A stretch of DNA of 64,000 nucleotides. Origin: Thermoplasmata archaeon (GTDB lineage Archaea > Thermoplasmatota > Thermoplasmata > Thermoplasmatales > ARK-15). The notes beneath the pieces are model-generated. The model ran no database searches and was not told the origin of the DNA. It was given only the letters and a program-made list of their open reading frames with translations. Of the stretch, positions 12,228 to 21,914 are shown piece after piece (within the stretch, counting starts at the first letter, position 1; each line of letters begins with the position of its first letter). The position numbers and the translations under genes were made by a program. Where the stretch lies: assembly GCA_038729465.1 (NCBI GenBank), contig JAVYRZ010000003.1, positions 40,454 through 104,453 on the forward strand, read 5' to 3'.

Positions 12228-12800
12228 ATGAGCGCATTGATAAACGCCTTGATCATAATATTGAGGTCTATATGGTTTATACTTCCTGCATATGTAGCTA
12301 ATCCAATGGCAGTGTTGGCACACGGCACTAAACCTATCGATTTTAATAAACTTTTTATTGATGGCCAAAGAATATTTGGAAAAGGAAAGACATGGGCCGG
12401 ATTTTTTGTTGGAGCAATTTCAGGTATTGTGTTTGGGCTGATACAGAATACGGCAGGAATGTTGTTTCCAAATCCAGTATTTCCAGCATTTAGCCAGGAT
12501 ATTGTGACTGCGATAATTATAGTTACGCTGTTATCTGTGGGGTCTATGACAGGAGATCTTACAGGCTCATTTATAAAGAGAAGACTAAAAATGGAGAGTG
12601 GCGCAGAGGTTATTGGAATGGATCAATATCCTTTTCTGCTTTTAAGCCTTTTATTTTTATATCTGGGCAGCACCTATTTTTTCATGCACTATCTATTTAA
12701 TATCATAGCGTTATTAACGCTTTTTATTTTTACGCCACTCATTCACAGATTGGTGAATATATTGGGATATAAAATCGGAAAAAAGGAGGTACCTTGGTGA
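12228..12800 (+). CDS. carS: CDP-archaeol synthase (CDP-2,3-bis-O-geranylgeranyl-sn-glycerol synthase)
   Basis: 190 aa, polytopic; WFILPAYVANPMAVLAHGTKPIDFNK...FGKGKTWAGF matches the CarS/DUF46 signature. Confidence 0.8.
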   Translation: MSALINALIIILRSIWFILPAYVANPMAVLAHGTKPIDFNKLFIDGQRIFGKGKTWAGFFVGAISGIVFGLIQNTAGMLFPNPVFPAFSQDIVTAIIIVTLLSVGSMTGDLTGSFIKRRLKMESGAEVIGMDQYPFLLLSLLFLYLGSTYFFMHYLFNIIALLTLFIFTPLIHRLVNILGYKIGKKEVPW

Positions 12801-13486
12801 TGAATAATAGAATATTAGTAATATCGGATATACACGCAAATTTAGAAGCTTTAAATGCAGTTTTGGAAGAAGAGTTTGACCACTTAATAGTACTTGGAGA
12901 TCTTACTGATTATGGGCCTAGCCCAAACGAAGTGATAGAAAAAGTCAGAGAAAACGCAGATTTTGTAATTATGGGTAATCATGATTATGCTAATGCATTT
13001 AATTATGATTGTTTCTGTTCTTACCAGTTTAAAGAGCTTAGCACTAAATCTAGGGCATACTTCAAGCCACTTATTACCTCAGAAAATTTAGAATACCTGA
13101 AATCTCTAAAATTAGAGATATATGCAGAAAATATATACATGGTGCACGCATCCCCAGAAGACAAACTTTACAAGTACCTTAAGCCAGAAATCTCTGATGC
13201 AGATCTGAAAAATGAAATGATGAAAGTAAATAGAAATCTAATTTTATTGGGACATACACATCTTCCCATGCTCCGGCATATAGAAGGAAAGACAGTGCTG
13301 AATCCGGGCAGTGTTGGGCAGCCCAGAGATTCAGATTGGAGAGCATCTTATGCTATAATAACTGACAAGATAGAATTAAAAAGAGTTAAATATGATATAG
13401 ATACTACAATAAATAAATTAAAAAGCACAAAATTAGAAGAACCAATAAAAATGAGGTTGATAGAGGTGCTAAAAAATGGAAAGTGA
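12800..13486 (+). CDS. Calcineurin-like metallophosphoesterase (YfcE/MJ0936-like)
   Basis: Contains ISDIHAN, GDLTDYG, GNHD and GHTH motifs. The ATG at 12800 follows GGAGGT (12785-12790) and overlaps the carS stop; the track start at 12794 is a TTG two codons upstream. Confidence 0.8.
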   Translation: MNNRILVISDIHANLEALNAVLEEEFDHLIVLGDLTDYGPSPNEVIEKVRENADFVIMGNHDYANAFNYDCFCSYQFKELSTKSRAYFKPLITSENLEYLKSLKLEIYAENIYMVHASPEDKLYKYLKPEISDADLKNEMMKVNRNLILLGHTHLPMLRHIEGKTVLNPGSVGQPRDSDWRASYAIITDKIELKRVKYDIDTTINKLKSTKLEEPIKMRLIEVLKNGK

Positions 13487-13997
13487 TCTAAAAAAGCTGC
13501 TAGTAGCCTGCAATGCAGTACAGTTTGGAGATTTTACACTTACATCCGGAAAAAAGAGTAATTATTATATTAACATAAAAAAAGCTACTACAGATCCAGT
13601 TATTTTAAGTATCATAGCTAAAGAGCTCGCCAAATTCGTAGATTCTGATAAAATAGCAGGAATAGAGTTGGGTTCGGTACCCATAGCTGTGGCGGTGGCG
13701 CTTGAAACTGGTAAAAAATTTTTGATAGTTAGAAAAGAACCTAAAGGACATGGCACTAATTCTATGATCGAGGGGGATTTTGAGAAAGGAGAAAGAATTA
13801 CAGTAATTGAAGATGTTACTACCACTGCAAATTCTGCACTTCGGGCAGCTAAAATTCTGAGAGATGCTGGAGCTGTTGTTGACACAATATTAACGGTCGT
13901 AGACAGAGAAGAAGGAGGAGAGCAAAATTTAGAACCTGAAAAGCTGAAATTAATGCCATTGATCAGAGCGAAGGATCTGTTGAAATTAAGGAAATGA
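13476..13997 (+). CDS. pyrE: Orotate phosphoribosyltransferase
   Basis: 173 aa; FGDFTLTSGKKSNYYIN and the PRPP loop VIEDVTTTANS. Confidence 0.9.
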   Translation: MESDLKKLLVACNAVQFGDFTLTSGKKSNYYINIKKATTDPVILSIIAKELAKFVDSDKIAGIELGSVPIAVAVALETGKKFLIVRKEPKGHGTNSMIEGDFEKGERITVIEDVTTTANSALRAAKILRDAGAVVDTILTVVDREEGGEQNLEPEKLKLMPLIRAKDLLKLRK

Positions 13998-15196
13998 TAG
14001 GTATGAATAATATATTAAGTATAGTTAGAAAAAATGATGAATGGCGCAGGAGTTCTATAAACTTATTGCCATCTGAAAACATGGTGAGCCCGAAGGTACT
14101 GGAAATATTGGGATCAGATCTGGCAGGTCGTTATTCTTATAAGATAAATGATTATGTCCATAATGTTTACATTGAAAATGCATATAGAGGCACTGGTTAT
14201 TTTGAACAGATTTTAGAATATGGAACAAAGCTGGCAAAAGAGCTCTATGATTCAAAGTATATAGAAATCAGATCTATTGGAGGCCATATTGCGGCAATGA
14301 ACATGCTGCTTTCTACGACAAAGAAAGGTGACCTTATTTACACAATCAGTTCTGAAAATGGTGGCTATGATGGATATATGCCCAATTACATGCCAGATAT
14401 GTTTGGATTGAAAGTCAGGTTTATACCTTACGATTCAAAAAGTGCAAAGATAGATTATGACCGCTTTGAAAAAGAGCTCAAAAAGCACAAGCCAAAACTT
14501 GTAATATTGGGAGCAAGTTATTTTCTGTTCAGCTATGATCTAAAAAGAGTGAGGGAAATATGCGACAAAATAGATTGTACTATTGGTTATGATGGTTCAC
14601 ATGTGATGGGATTAATTGCAGGAAAATCATTTCAGCCAGAGGTTTTGAAATATGCAGACATACTTATCGGATCGACGCACAAAAGTCTATTTGGGCCACA
14701 GGGAGGAATAATCGCCACAAACAACGAATCGATATTTCATAATGTAGAGAATAACATAGTGTGGAGAACCATGGACAACTATCATTTGAATCGTGTGGCG
14801 GCACTATCGCAGACACTGTTTGAGTTCAAAAAATTTGGGAAAGAGTACGCGGCTCAGGTAGTTAAAAACAGTAAAAGACTGGCAAAAATACTGGATGAAC
14901 AAGGCTTTAATATTGATTTTGCGCCAGAATACACAGAGTCTCATCAGATCAGTTACAGCCAGAATTTCGTGAATGAACAATTAAAGTTGAGCATAGACGA
15001 CTTTTCAAAAAAATTAGAACGCTCAAACATAATCATTGATTCAGTAGGAAGGCTAGGTACTAACGAGATCACAAGAATTGGAATTAATGAGAGAAACCTT
15101 GATGAGCTGGCAAATCTCTTTATCTCTTCCATATCTAAAAATGTAAAAAAAGAGGTTATCGAGTTCAGGTCAAAGTTCAAGATCAAGTATTGTTGA
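13994..15196 (+). CDS. glyA: Serine hydroxymethyltransferase family protein (divergent)
   Basis: 400 aa; INLLPSENMVSPKVLEILGSDLAGRY and the PLP-lysine context GSTHKSLFGPQGG. It has an ATGA overlap with pyrE. Confidence 0.7.
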   Translation: MIGMNNILSIVRKNDEWRRSSINLLPSENMVSPKVLEILGSDLAGRYSYKINDYVHNVYIENAYRGTGYFEQILEYGTKLAKELYDSKYIEIRSIGGHIAAMNMLLSTTKKGDLIYTISSENGGYDGYMPNYMPDMFGLKVRFIPYDSKSAKIDYDRFEKELKKHKPKLVILGASYFLFSYDLKRVREICDKIDCTIGYDGSHVMGLIAGKSFQPEVLKYADILIGSTHKSLFGPQGGIIATNNESIFHNVENNIVWRTMDNYHLNRVAALSQTLFEFKKFGKEYAAQVVKNSKRLAKILDEQGFNIDFAPEYTESHQISYSQNFVNEQLKLSIDDFSKKLERSNIIIDSVGRLGTNEITRIGINERNLDELANLFISSISKNVKKEVIEFRSKFKIKYC

Positions 15197-15256
15197 CCTC
15201 TTCACTATTTAACTGGTACTTTCATACTATTTCTTGTGAAAGTAGGACTTTCCGCA

Positions 15257-16195
15257 TTAAGTGTTAAAAATATGGTTGATAATCCATTTAGGGTCAAATT
15301 CAATCAGGTCCTCATAGTTCTGGCCAGTTCCTAAAAACAAGATTGGCTTATTTAGAGTCAACACAATGCTGATTGCGCTGCCACCTTTAGCATCAGTATC
15401 GATCTTTGACAATATTATGCCATCTATCCCAATCTCTTCATTGAACAGTTTTGCCTGGTTGATTGCATCGTTGCCTGCCAGAGCATCACCTACAAAAATA
15501 GTAAAATCAGGCTTAGCAACTCTTTTAAGTTTTTTCATTTCATTCATCAGATTTTTATTGGTCTGCATTCTGCCGGCAGTATCTATCAATACAACATCTC
15601 GAGATCGAGAGACTGCGTGTGAAATAGCGTCAAATGCAACAGCTGCAGAATCACTACCATGCTGATGCTTGATCAATCTAATGTTCAATTTTTCAGAATG
15701 AATCTCTAGCTGTTCTATAGCTCCTGCCCTAAACGTATCGCTTGCTGCTATCACTACACTGTACCCCTGCAAAGACAACCATTTTGCCAGCTTTGCGATA
15801 GAAGTAGTTTTTCCCGTACCATTTACACCCACAAATAAAATCTTTAAAGGTTTGGTTGAAGACTTAACATACTCTTTAAAATTGAACTTGTTTTCATTAA
15901 AAATGTCAAAGATAGTCTGCTTCAACAGTTCTGTAAAAGTGCTTTCCAGATCTAATCCTCTCTTAAATTTCTTATTGGCTATGTTTTCCATAAGCTTCTT
16001 TTTAAGCGCTTCAGCAGCGTCATAAGCAACATCTGCATCTATTAGGCCAAGTTCCAAATTATCAAGATATGAGTTCAACTTATTTCCGGTTATCTTTTTC
16101 CCAAATCCATCTGTAAAGGCATCTTCTGGAAGCTCTTCTTTAGCTTTCTTGCTAAATAACCCTAATTTCTCTTTTAGTTTTTCAAACATTTTCAA
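15257..16195 (-). CDS. ftsY: Signal recognition particle receptor FtsY
   Basis: 312 aa; GVNGTGKTTSIAKLA, DTAGR, and SKIDTDAKGG. Confidence 0.92.
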   Translation of the reverse strand: MKMFEKLKEKLGLFSKKAKEELPEDAFTDGFGKKITGNKLNSYLDNLELGLIDADVAYDAAEALKKKLMENIANKKFKRGLDLESTFTELLKQTIFDIFNENKFNFKEYVKSSTKPLKILFVGVNGTGKTTSIAKLAKWLSLQGYSVVIAASDTFRAGAIEQLEIHSEKLNIRLIKHQHGSDSAAVAFDAISHAVSRSRDVVLIDTAGRMQTNKNLMNEMKKLKRVAKPDFTIFVGDALAGNDAINQAKLFNEEIGIDGIILSKIDTDAKGGSAISIVLTLNKPILFLGTGQNYEDLIEFDPKWIINHIFNT

Positions 16196-16605
16196 TCATT
16201 TTTCTGTGCAGATTTATAATATTTATTAACCTTATCTGACAAAGCAAGATATTGATCCCTGCTGTTAATATATTCTTCCTGCAATTGAGAATTAATGGCG
16301 GTTAGATCTTTTATTCTCTGGTCCAGTATTTCTATTGTCTTCTCATAGTTATTTTCTGTTAAAACATTTGAGCCGATGCTTGTAATCGCTTTTTTATACT
16401 CACTCTTATTGCAAAATATAAATGTATTTGCACCTATTGTGATCAAAAGATTATTTTCATCTGTTTTTAACAATGTCTGAATGGTCTCTTTCGCTTTAGT
16501 ATGTTCTTGCATGTTGAGATTCAGATACTCCATCTCTCTTTCTATGTCTTCAAGATGCTTTTTCAATAATTCTAATGTGTTTATGCTCTCTTCTATGTTT
16601 TCCAT
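16192..16605 (-). CDS. pfdA: Prefoldin alpha subunit
   Basis: 137-aa coiled-coil/beta-hairpin/coiled-coil protein in the conserved rplX-pfdA-ftsY arrangement. It has an ATGA overlap with ftsY. Confidence 0.7.
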   Translation of the reverse strand: MENIEESINTLELLKKHLEDIEREMEYLNLNMQEHTKAKETIQTLLKTDENNLLITIGANTFIFCNKSEYKKAITSIGSNVLTENNYEKTIEILDQRIKDLTAINSQLQEEYINSRDQYLALSDKVNKYYKSAQKND

Positions 16606-16833
16606 TTATTTTTCACCATGCTTAATATCGTATAATACTTTGGGGTCTTTAGACTCCGATACATTGGTAACTTCTTCTATTTTCATAGCTCTTCTCTTCA
16701 CATTGTGGTAACTGCCCATAATTGCAAATACTTTATCTATTGCCTTATTTTTAGAGTCTGCTACCACATCTTTTTTAAAGTTTACTAATTTTCCTTTTGC
16801 AGTATATGTTCCAAATACTCTATATATTTTCAT
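16606..16833 (-). CDS. rplX: 50S ribosomal protein LX (eL20/L18Ae)
   Basis: 75 aa; the MKIYRVFGTY...KFKKDVVADSKNKAIDKVFAIMGSYHNVKRRAMKIEEV pattern of archaeal LX. Confidence 0.7.
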   Translation of the reverse strand: MKIYRVFGTYTAKGKLVNFKKDVVADSKNKAIDKVFAIMGSYHNVKRRAMKIEEVTNVSESKDPKVLYDIKHGEK

Positions 16834-18092
16834 TTACCGATCACCTTTTTTTCAAATATCAATTTTGATTTTTTCAAAGCTTCGATCACAGGCAAATCAT
16901 CTCCAGCTAAAAAGCTGATTAAAGCTCCGCCACCTACGCTTATATGATCAAATTTTCGGTTCAATCCCATCTTTGATATTGCGGATATAGTATGCCCTCC
17001 ACCTGCTACCTTAAATGCGTTAAGTTCAGATATAGCCTTGAAAACCTCTTCAGTACCATCCGAAAATTCAGGAAGCTCATAGACACCTAATGGGCCGTTT
17101 AATATAATACTTTTTGCATCTTTAATTATATTCTTATAATTATCAATGGTTTCTATACCAATATCCATGATCTGTTTTGAATCTTCAAGCTCTGAGACAT
17201 TTATTTCCAATCTTTTACCTTCAGCACTTATTGCAAAATCTGTGGGCGTAACAATTTCATAATTTTTAATGATCTCTTTTGCAACACTCACAAGTTTTTC
17301 ATAATTTCCAATCTCTTTGTTTAAGACCTCTTTATTGATAGGGCCCACGTCTATACCTTTTGCAATTAAAAAAATATTTGCTACCAGCCCACCAGTTAAA
17401 ATTTGGTCTACAATTTTATGTTCCAGCATATTTTTTGCAACTTTAATAGAATCATCAGCTTTTGCACCTGCAAACAACGCTATTTTAGGATGTTCTTGAA
17501 ACTCCATAAATTTAGTAAGCATTGTAATCTCTTTGTCCATCAACTTTCCAGCCAGCATAGGTACCTCTTCTGCAAAGGCTACAAGAGTTGGTTGCGGGCG
17601 ATGTACTGCGGCAAAAGCATCGTTAACCAGATAGTCCATATATGGCGCCAGTTTTTTAACAATATTTGATTTTTTTTGTACTTCTAACGGTTCGTTTGCA
17701 AGAACTACCTCTTCAGCATAAAATCTAGTATTCTCTAGCATCAGGATGTCCCCCGGCACTAGTTTTTTTATTTCATCTATTACTCTAGAATCGAACAACC
17801 CGTCTATATACTTTATATCTCTTTTAAGCAATTTAGCAAGGGCAAGAGAATGCTGATATAATGACGTAAAATCTTTCTTTCCAGGCCTGGACTGATGTGC
17901 AATAATGACGACTTTAGAATGGTCTAGAGCTCTTATAGTATCCAGATGTGCTTTAAATCTGGAATAGTCCATAATATCTCCAGTTTTAGGATCAATAGGT
18001 GAGTTTATGTCTAATCTTAAAAATATAGTTTTACCAGTAAGATCAAAATCATCCATAGATAGATATGACTTTACCATAATTGTATATCTCAT
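16830..18092 (-). CDS. pgk: Phosphoglycerate kinase
   Basis: DDFDLTGKTIFLRLDINSP, HQSRPG, and a GGGALISFL-like C-terminus. The true start is possibly the ATG at 18077 or 18056. Confidence 0.9.
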   Translation of the reverse strand: MRYTIMVKSYLSMDDFDLTGKTIFLRLDINSPIDPKTGDIMDYSRFKAHLDTIRALDHSKVVIIAHQSRPGKKDFTSLYQHSLALAKLLKRDIKYIDGLFDSRVIDEIKKLVPGDILMLENTRFYAEEVVLANEPLEVQKKSNIVKKLAPYMDYLVNDAFAAVHRPQPTLVAFAEEVPMLAGKLMDKEITMLTKFMEFQEHPKIALFAGAKADDSIKVAKNMLEHKIVDQILTGGLVANIFLIAKGIDVGPINKEVLNKEIGNYEKLVSVAKEIIKNYEIVTPTDFAISAEGKRLEINVSELEDSKQIMDIGIETIDNYKNIIKDAKSIILNGPLGVYELPEFSDGTEEVFKAISELNAFKVAGGGHTISAISKMGLNRKFDHISVGGGALISFLAGDDLPVIEALKKSKLIFEKKVIGK

Positions 18093-18211
18093 TTATACAT
18101 ATATTATTTTTGATACTCTTTTTAAATCTATAGGGGTAAAAAAGAAAAACATTTATATAGTTCTGAAATAATATCTGTCTGACAAAAATATGACATGGTG
18201 TGGTGAGAAAA

Positions 18212-18751
18212 ATGGTAAAAGGATCTGCACTAATAAATATGGTAGAGTATGTGGAAAAGAAAAAAGGAATTAATGGATTAGAGATACTACACAGTGAAGT
18301 AAACAAGGAAAATTTAATATTTCCTCAACTGAAAAATATAAATAAATCTGATGAATTTTCAGCACGATATTTTGAAAGAATGCTTAATGCCAGCTTAAAA
18401 TCTTTAGGAACTAGCGAAGAAACCATTCACGATTTTGGGTATTCTTATGGTAATGAGACTGGTCTTGGGTTTGGATCTAAAATGTTAAAATTAGAATCAT
18501 CTAAAAGAATAGTTGAGGCTATTACATCCAGTTTCAGTAAATATATGCCTCTATTTAAAATCAGGGCTGAAGATCTCAGTGAAACTACCTTTATACTGAA
18601 AATTTCAAATTTAAGTAGTAAAGAACAGAGATTGTTTGTGTCAGGCTATTTTGACTCTTTATTATCTAATTTTTCGAAGAAAGTTCAGAAAAAGGAAGAG
18701 GACAAAGAGAGTGAAAAAATAATAACTCTACGGTTCATACAAAATTTATGA
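18212..18751 (+). CDS. Hypothetical protein, possibly a small ligand-binding/sensor-like domain
   Basis: ATG 18212 is preceded by GGTGA (18202-18206); the track start at 18200 is a GTG. The N-terminus MVKGSALINMVEYVEKKKG loosely resembles H-NOX/V4R-type sensor N-termini. This is a weak, motif-level impression only. Confidence 0.35.
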   Translation: MVKGSALINMVEYVEKKKGINGLEILHSEVNKENLIFPQLKNINKSDEFSARYFERMLNASLKSLGTSEETIHDFGYSYGNETGLGFGSKMLKLESSKRIVEAITSSFSKYMPLFKIRAEDLSETTFILKISNLSSKEQRLFVSGYFDSLLSNFSKKVQKKEEDKESEKIITLRFIQNL

Positions 18752-18797
18752 CAATTGTTATATATTTCTTTTCTATTACCTTTCTCGGTGTATATAG

Positions 18798-19994
18798 ATG
18801 AAAGATTATACTTTTACAGAAGAGCAAGAAATGATCAGGGAAAGTGTTAGAGATTTCGCGCAGAAAAAAATTGCACCGATATCCTTAGAAATGGAGCATA
18901 CAAAAAGAATACCAGAGGAGATAATTAAAGGAATGGCAGACTTAGGACTTATAGCGTGCACTGTTTCTCCTGAATACGGTGGCCAAGGTTTTAATGCCGT
19001 AACAGCAGGAATTATTGCTGAAGAACTGGCCAGAGCGGATATTACAGGTTCGATACCAGTATTTTACTTGATACAGGCAGCATGGGGTCATCTTTTTGAT
19101 AAGTATGGAACTCATGAGGCTAAATCTGAAATTCTTCCAAAAGTAACTAAGGGTGAAAAATTTTTGGGAATTGCAACCACAGAATCTGATGCAGGATCTG
19201 ATGTGGCAGGAACAAGGACTACCATTACCAAGAAAGGAGATGAATACATCGTAAATGGGGAAAAGATGTATATAAGCGGAGTTAGAGAAGCAATAGAAAC
19301 AGATGGAGGACATATCACTGTAGCAAAGCAGAACCCTGAGCTTGGAGCTAGAGGTATGACATTGTTTTATCTGCCTTTGAAACAAAAGGGAATTACGCCA
19401 ACGTATGTAGATGATCTTGGAAGAGAAGGAATTACAACGGGCGGATTTTCGGTTGATAATGTAAAAATCCCGAAAAAATATATTATTGGTCAGGAAAACA
19501 AAGGATTTTATTTGATACATGAAGGCTATGAGTATGCAAGAGGATTTATTGCGGTTATATGCGCAGGAGCAGGTTTACAGTCGCTTGATAGAGGAGCCAA
19601 GTACCTGAAAGAGAGAAAAGCATTTGGGCTTCCTTTAGCAAGATATGAAGCTTTACAGTTCAAACTTGCAGAGCACTATACAAAGCTGAATTTTCTCATG
19701 GAAAGTTCATATAAAGCATTATGGACACTGGATCAGGAGAGCATCGGAAAAGCGAAGAGATTTGACTCCAGCAAAGCTATAGCAATGGCGAAAATGTTTG
19801 CTTCAGAATGGTCCACAGCAGCGATAGATGAAGTGATGCAGTGGCAGGGAGCTTTTGGATATACGAGAGAGTGTTTAGATCAGGCTGCATACAGGGCTGT
19901 TCGCTCGTTTGCGTGGGCGGAGGGAAGCAAAGAGATAATGAGAGTAATCGTTAGCAGAGAATTACTTGGAAAAGAGTATATAGCATATAAGTGA
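18798..19994 (+). CDS. Acyl-CoA dehydrogenase (FAD)
   Basis: 398 aa; GIATTESDAGSDVAG, and the C-terminal QWQGAFGYTRE...EGSKEIMR pattern with catalytic Glu context. Confidence 0.9.
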   Translation: MKDYTFTEEQEMIRESVRDFAQKKIAPISLEMEHTKRIPEEIIKGMADLGLIACTVSPEYGGQGFNAVTAGIIAEELARADITGSIPVFYLIQAAWGHLFDKYGTHEAKSEILPKVTKGEKFLGIATTESDAGSDVAGTRTTITKKGDEYIVNGEKMYISGVREAIETDGGHITVAKQNPELGARGMTLFYLPLKQKGITPTYVDDLGREGITTGGFSVDNVKIPKKYIIGQENKGFYLIHEGYEYARGFIAVICAGAGLQSLDRGAKYLKERKAFGLPLARYEALQFKLAEHYTKLNFLMESSYKALWTLDQESIGKAKRFDSSKAIAMAKMFASEWSTAAIDEVMQWQGAFGYTRECLDQAAYRAVRSFAWAEGSKEIMRVIVSRELLGKEYIAYK

Positions 19995-20000
19995 TCAGTT

Positions 20001-20792
20001 ATGGATATTTTAGTATTAGTAAAACAAGTGCCAGATACTACAGAAGTCAAAATTGACCCTAAAACTGGGAACATGATCAGAGAAGGTGTGCCCAGTATAT
20101 TGAACCCGTTTGACCAGTTTGCGTTGGAAGAAGCAGTAATGATAAAAAATAAGCTAGGTGGTACTATAACAGTTATTACTCTCGGCCCGGATCAAGCTAA
20201 AACTGCATTGATGAGATGTTTAGCACTCGGCGCAGATGTTTCAATACACCTTTCAGATTATGCATTTGCAGGTGCAGATACGCTTGCAACGTCATTTTCT
20301 TTGGCCAGCGCGATCAAGAAAGTGGGAAAATACGATCTTATATTCACTGGACAGATGGCTCAAGACGGTGAAACAGGACAGGTAGGACCAGAGATAGCAG
20401 CAATGCTGGATCTACCACAGGCTACTTATGTGGAAGAGATAAAAGATATAACACCGGAGAAGATTATAGTTAAAAGTGATACGGATGAAGGTTACAGGAT
20501 CATGGAATTGAAGTTACCGGCGTTAATAGCGTTTTTACCCCCAACCTCTTTTGAATATTCGAATCCTTCTATGAGTGGCATAATAAAAGCCAAATCGAAG
20601 CCTTATTCATTGTGGAAACAGGCAGATCTCAATGTTCCAAGAGAAAAATGTGGATTGAAAGGATCTCCGACCAGAGTCTCAAAGATTTATTCACCTACCC
20701 AAAAAACTAAAGGTGTAATATTTACAGATAATATTGAAGATGCTTGCAAGAAGGTAGCAGAGGCTATAAAAGAAAAGAAGGTGGTACAGTGA
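20001..20792 (+). CDS. etfB: Electron transfer flavoprotein beta subunit
   Basis: 263 aa; ILVLVKQVPDT...NPFDQFALEEA...GADTLATS...GQMAQDGETGQVGP. Confidence 0.92.
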   Translation: MDILVLVKQVPDTTEVKIDPKTGNMIREGVPSILNPFDQFALEEAVMIKNKLGGTITVITLGPDQAKTALMRCLALGADVSIHLSDYAFAGADTLATSFSLASAIKKVGKYDLIFTGQMAQDGETGQVGPEIAAMLDLPQATYVEEIKDITPEKIIVKSDTDEGYRIMELKLPALIAFLPPTSFEYSNPSMSGIIKAKSKPYSLWKQADLNVPREKCGLKGSPTRVSKIYSPTQKTKGVIFTDNIEDACKKVAEAIKEKKVVQ

Positions 20793-21796
20793 TAGAAGAT
20801 TTTAAAGGCATTTGGGTCTATGCAGAATACGATCAGACTAAAGTTAAAAGCGTTACATTTGAGCTGTTGTCTAAATCTCTGGAATTAGCATCTATTTTGA
20901 ATGAAGAGGTAAGCTGTGTATTGATAGGTGCGGATGTTAAAAAGTTCGTTCCAGACCTTGCAGCTTACGGTGCTACCAAAGTATATCTAGCAGAGGATCC
21001 TAATCTGAAACTTTACAGTTCAGAAGCATACGCAAAGATCGTTACAAATTTAATAAACACATACAAGCCATCCATAATCTTAATCCCAGCAACAAAACTG
21101 GGCAGAGATCTAGCTCCAAGAATATCCGCATCAGTAGGAACAGGATTAACTGCTGATTGCACAAATCTGAAAGTACTTGACAAAAACTTAGTGCAGGTCA
21201 GGCCTGCTTATGGCGGAAACATTATGGCTGAAATCATTGCACCAAATCATAGGCCGCAGATGTCGACAGTTCGGCCAAATGTATTTAAGAAAATAGAGCC
21301 TATGTCTGGTAAAACAGCAGAGATAGTACAAATGCCAGTAACTCCAGATATGCTAAGCATGAGAGCAATTGTCAAAGAGATAATCAGCACCTCTGTTGCC
21401 GGAGTTAAGAAGTTAGACGAATCAGATATAATTGTTTCAGTTGGCAGAGGTGTAGGAACTACTAAAGAATCTCTGGTAGATGTTCAGCAACTTGCAGATT
21501 TGCTTGGTGCAGCTATGGGTTGCAGCCGAGTAATTGTAGATATAGGATTAATGCCTAAAACCGCGCAGATTGGGCAGAGCGGTATAACAGTATCTCCTAA
21601 ACTATATATTGCATGTGGAATATCTGGAACTATCCAGCATATCGTAGGTATGAAAGAGTCTAAGATGATCGTGGCAATCAATAAAGATCCTAACGCCCCA
21701 ATATTCAATATTGCAGATTATGGCATAGTCGGAGATGTACATACAGTAGTACCGGTATTGATCGAAGAGTTAAAAAAGGCCCTAAAAAACAATTAA
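20789..21796 (+). CDS. etfA: Electron transfer flavoprotein alpha subunit
   Basis: The GTG at 20789 overlaps the etfB stop (GTGA); the track start at 20744 lies inside etfB. The C-terminal FAD motif reads PKLYIACGISGTIQHIVGM...IVAINKDPNAPIF. Confidence 0.9.
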   Translation: MIEDFKGIWVYAEYDQTKVKSVTFELLSKSLELASILNEEVSCVLIGADVKKFVPDLAAYGATKVYLAEDPNLKLYSSEAYAKIVTNLINTYKPSIILIPATKLGRDLAPRISASVGTGLTADCTNLKVLDKNLVQVRPAYGGNIMAEIIAPNHRPQMSTVRPNVFKKIEPMSGKTAEIVQMPVTPDMLSMRAIVKEIISTSVAGVKKLDESDIIVSVGRGVGTTKESLVDVQQLADLLGAAMGCSRVIVDIGLMPKTAQIGQSGITVSPKLYIACGISGTIQHIVGMKESKMIVAINKDPNAPIFNIADYGIVGDVHTVVPVLIEELKKALKNN

Positions 21797-21914
21797 ATTT
21801 TTTAATATTTAAAATGACTTTGTCAGATAATCTATAAAAAAGATTGGTTTGGCAAGGTCTTTTAAAAACATTTTTAAACTATATTGCTTTTTGTATCTGT
21901 GGAGTTGCAGTTTA

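Noticed and set aside
18942-19520. 192-aa minus-strand ORF overlapping the acyl-CoA dehydrogenase gene
   Set aside because: The plus-strand product has full-length acyl-CoA dehydrogenase motifs. The antisense product is Cys/Ser/Phe-rich nonsense without motifs.
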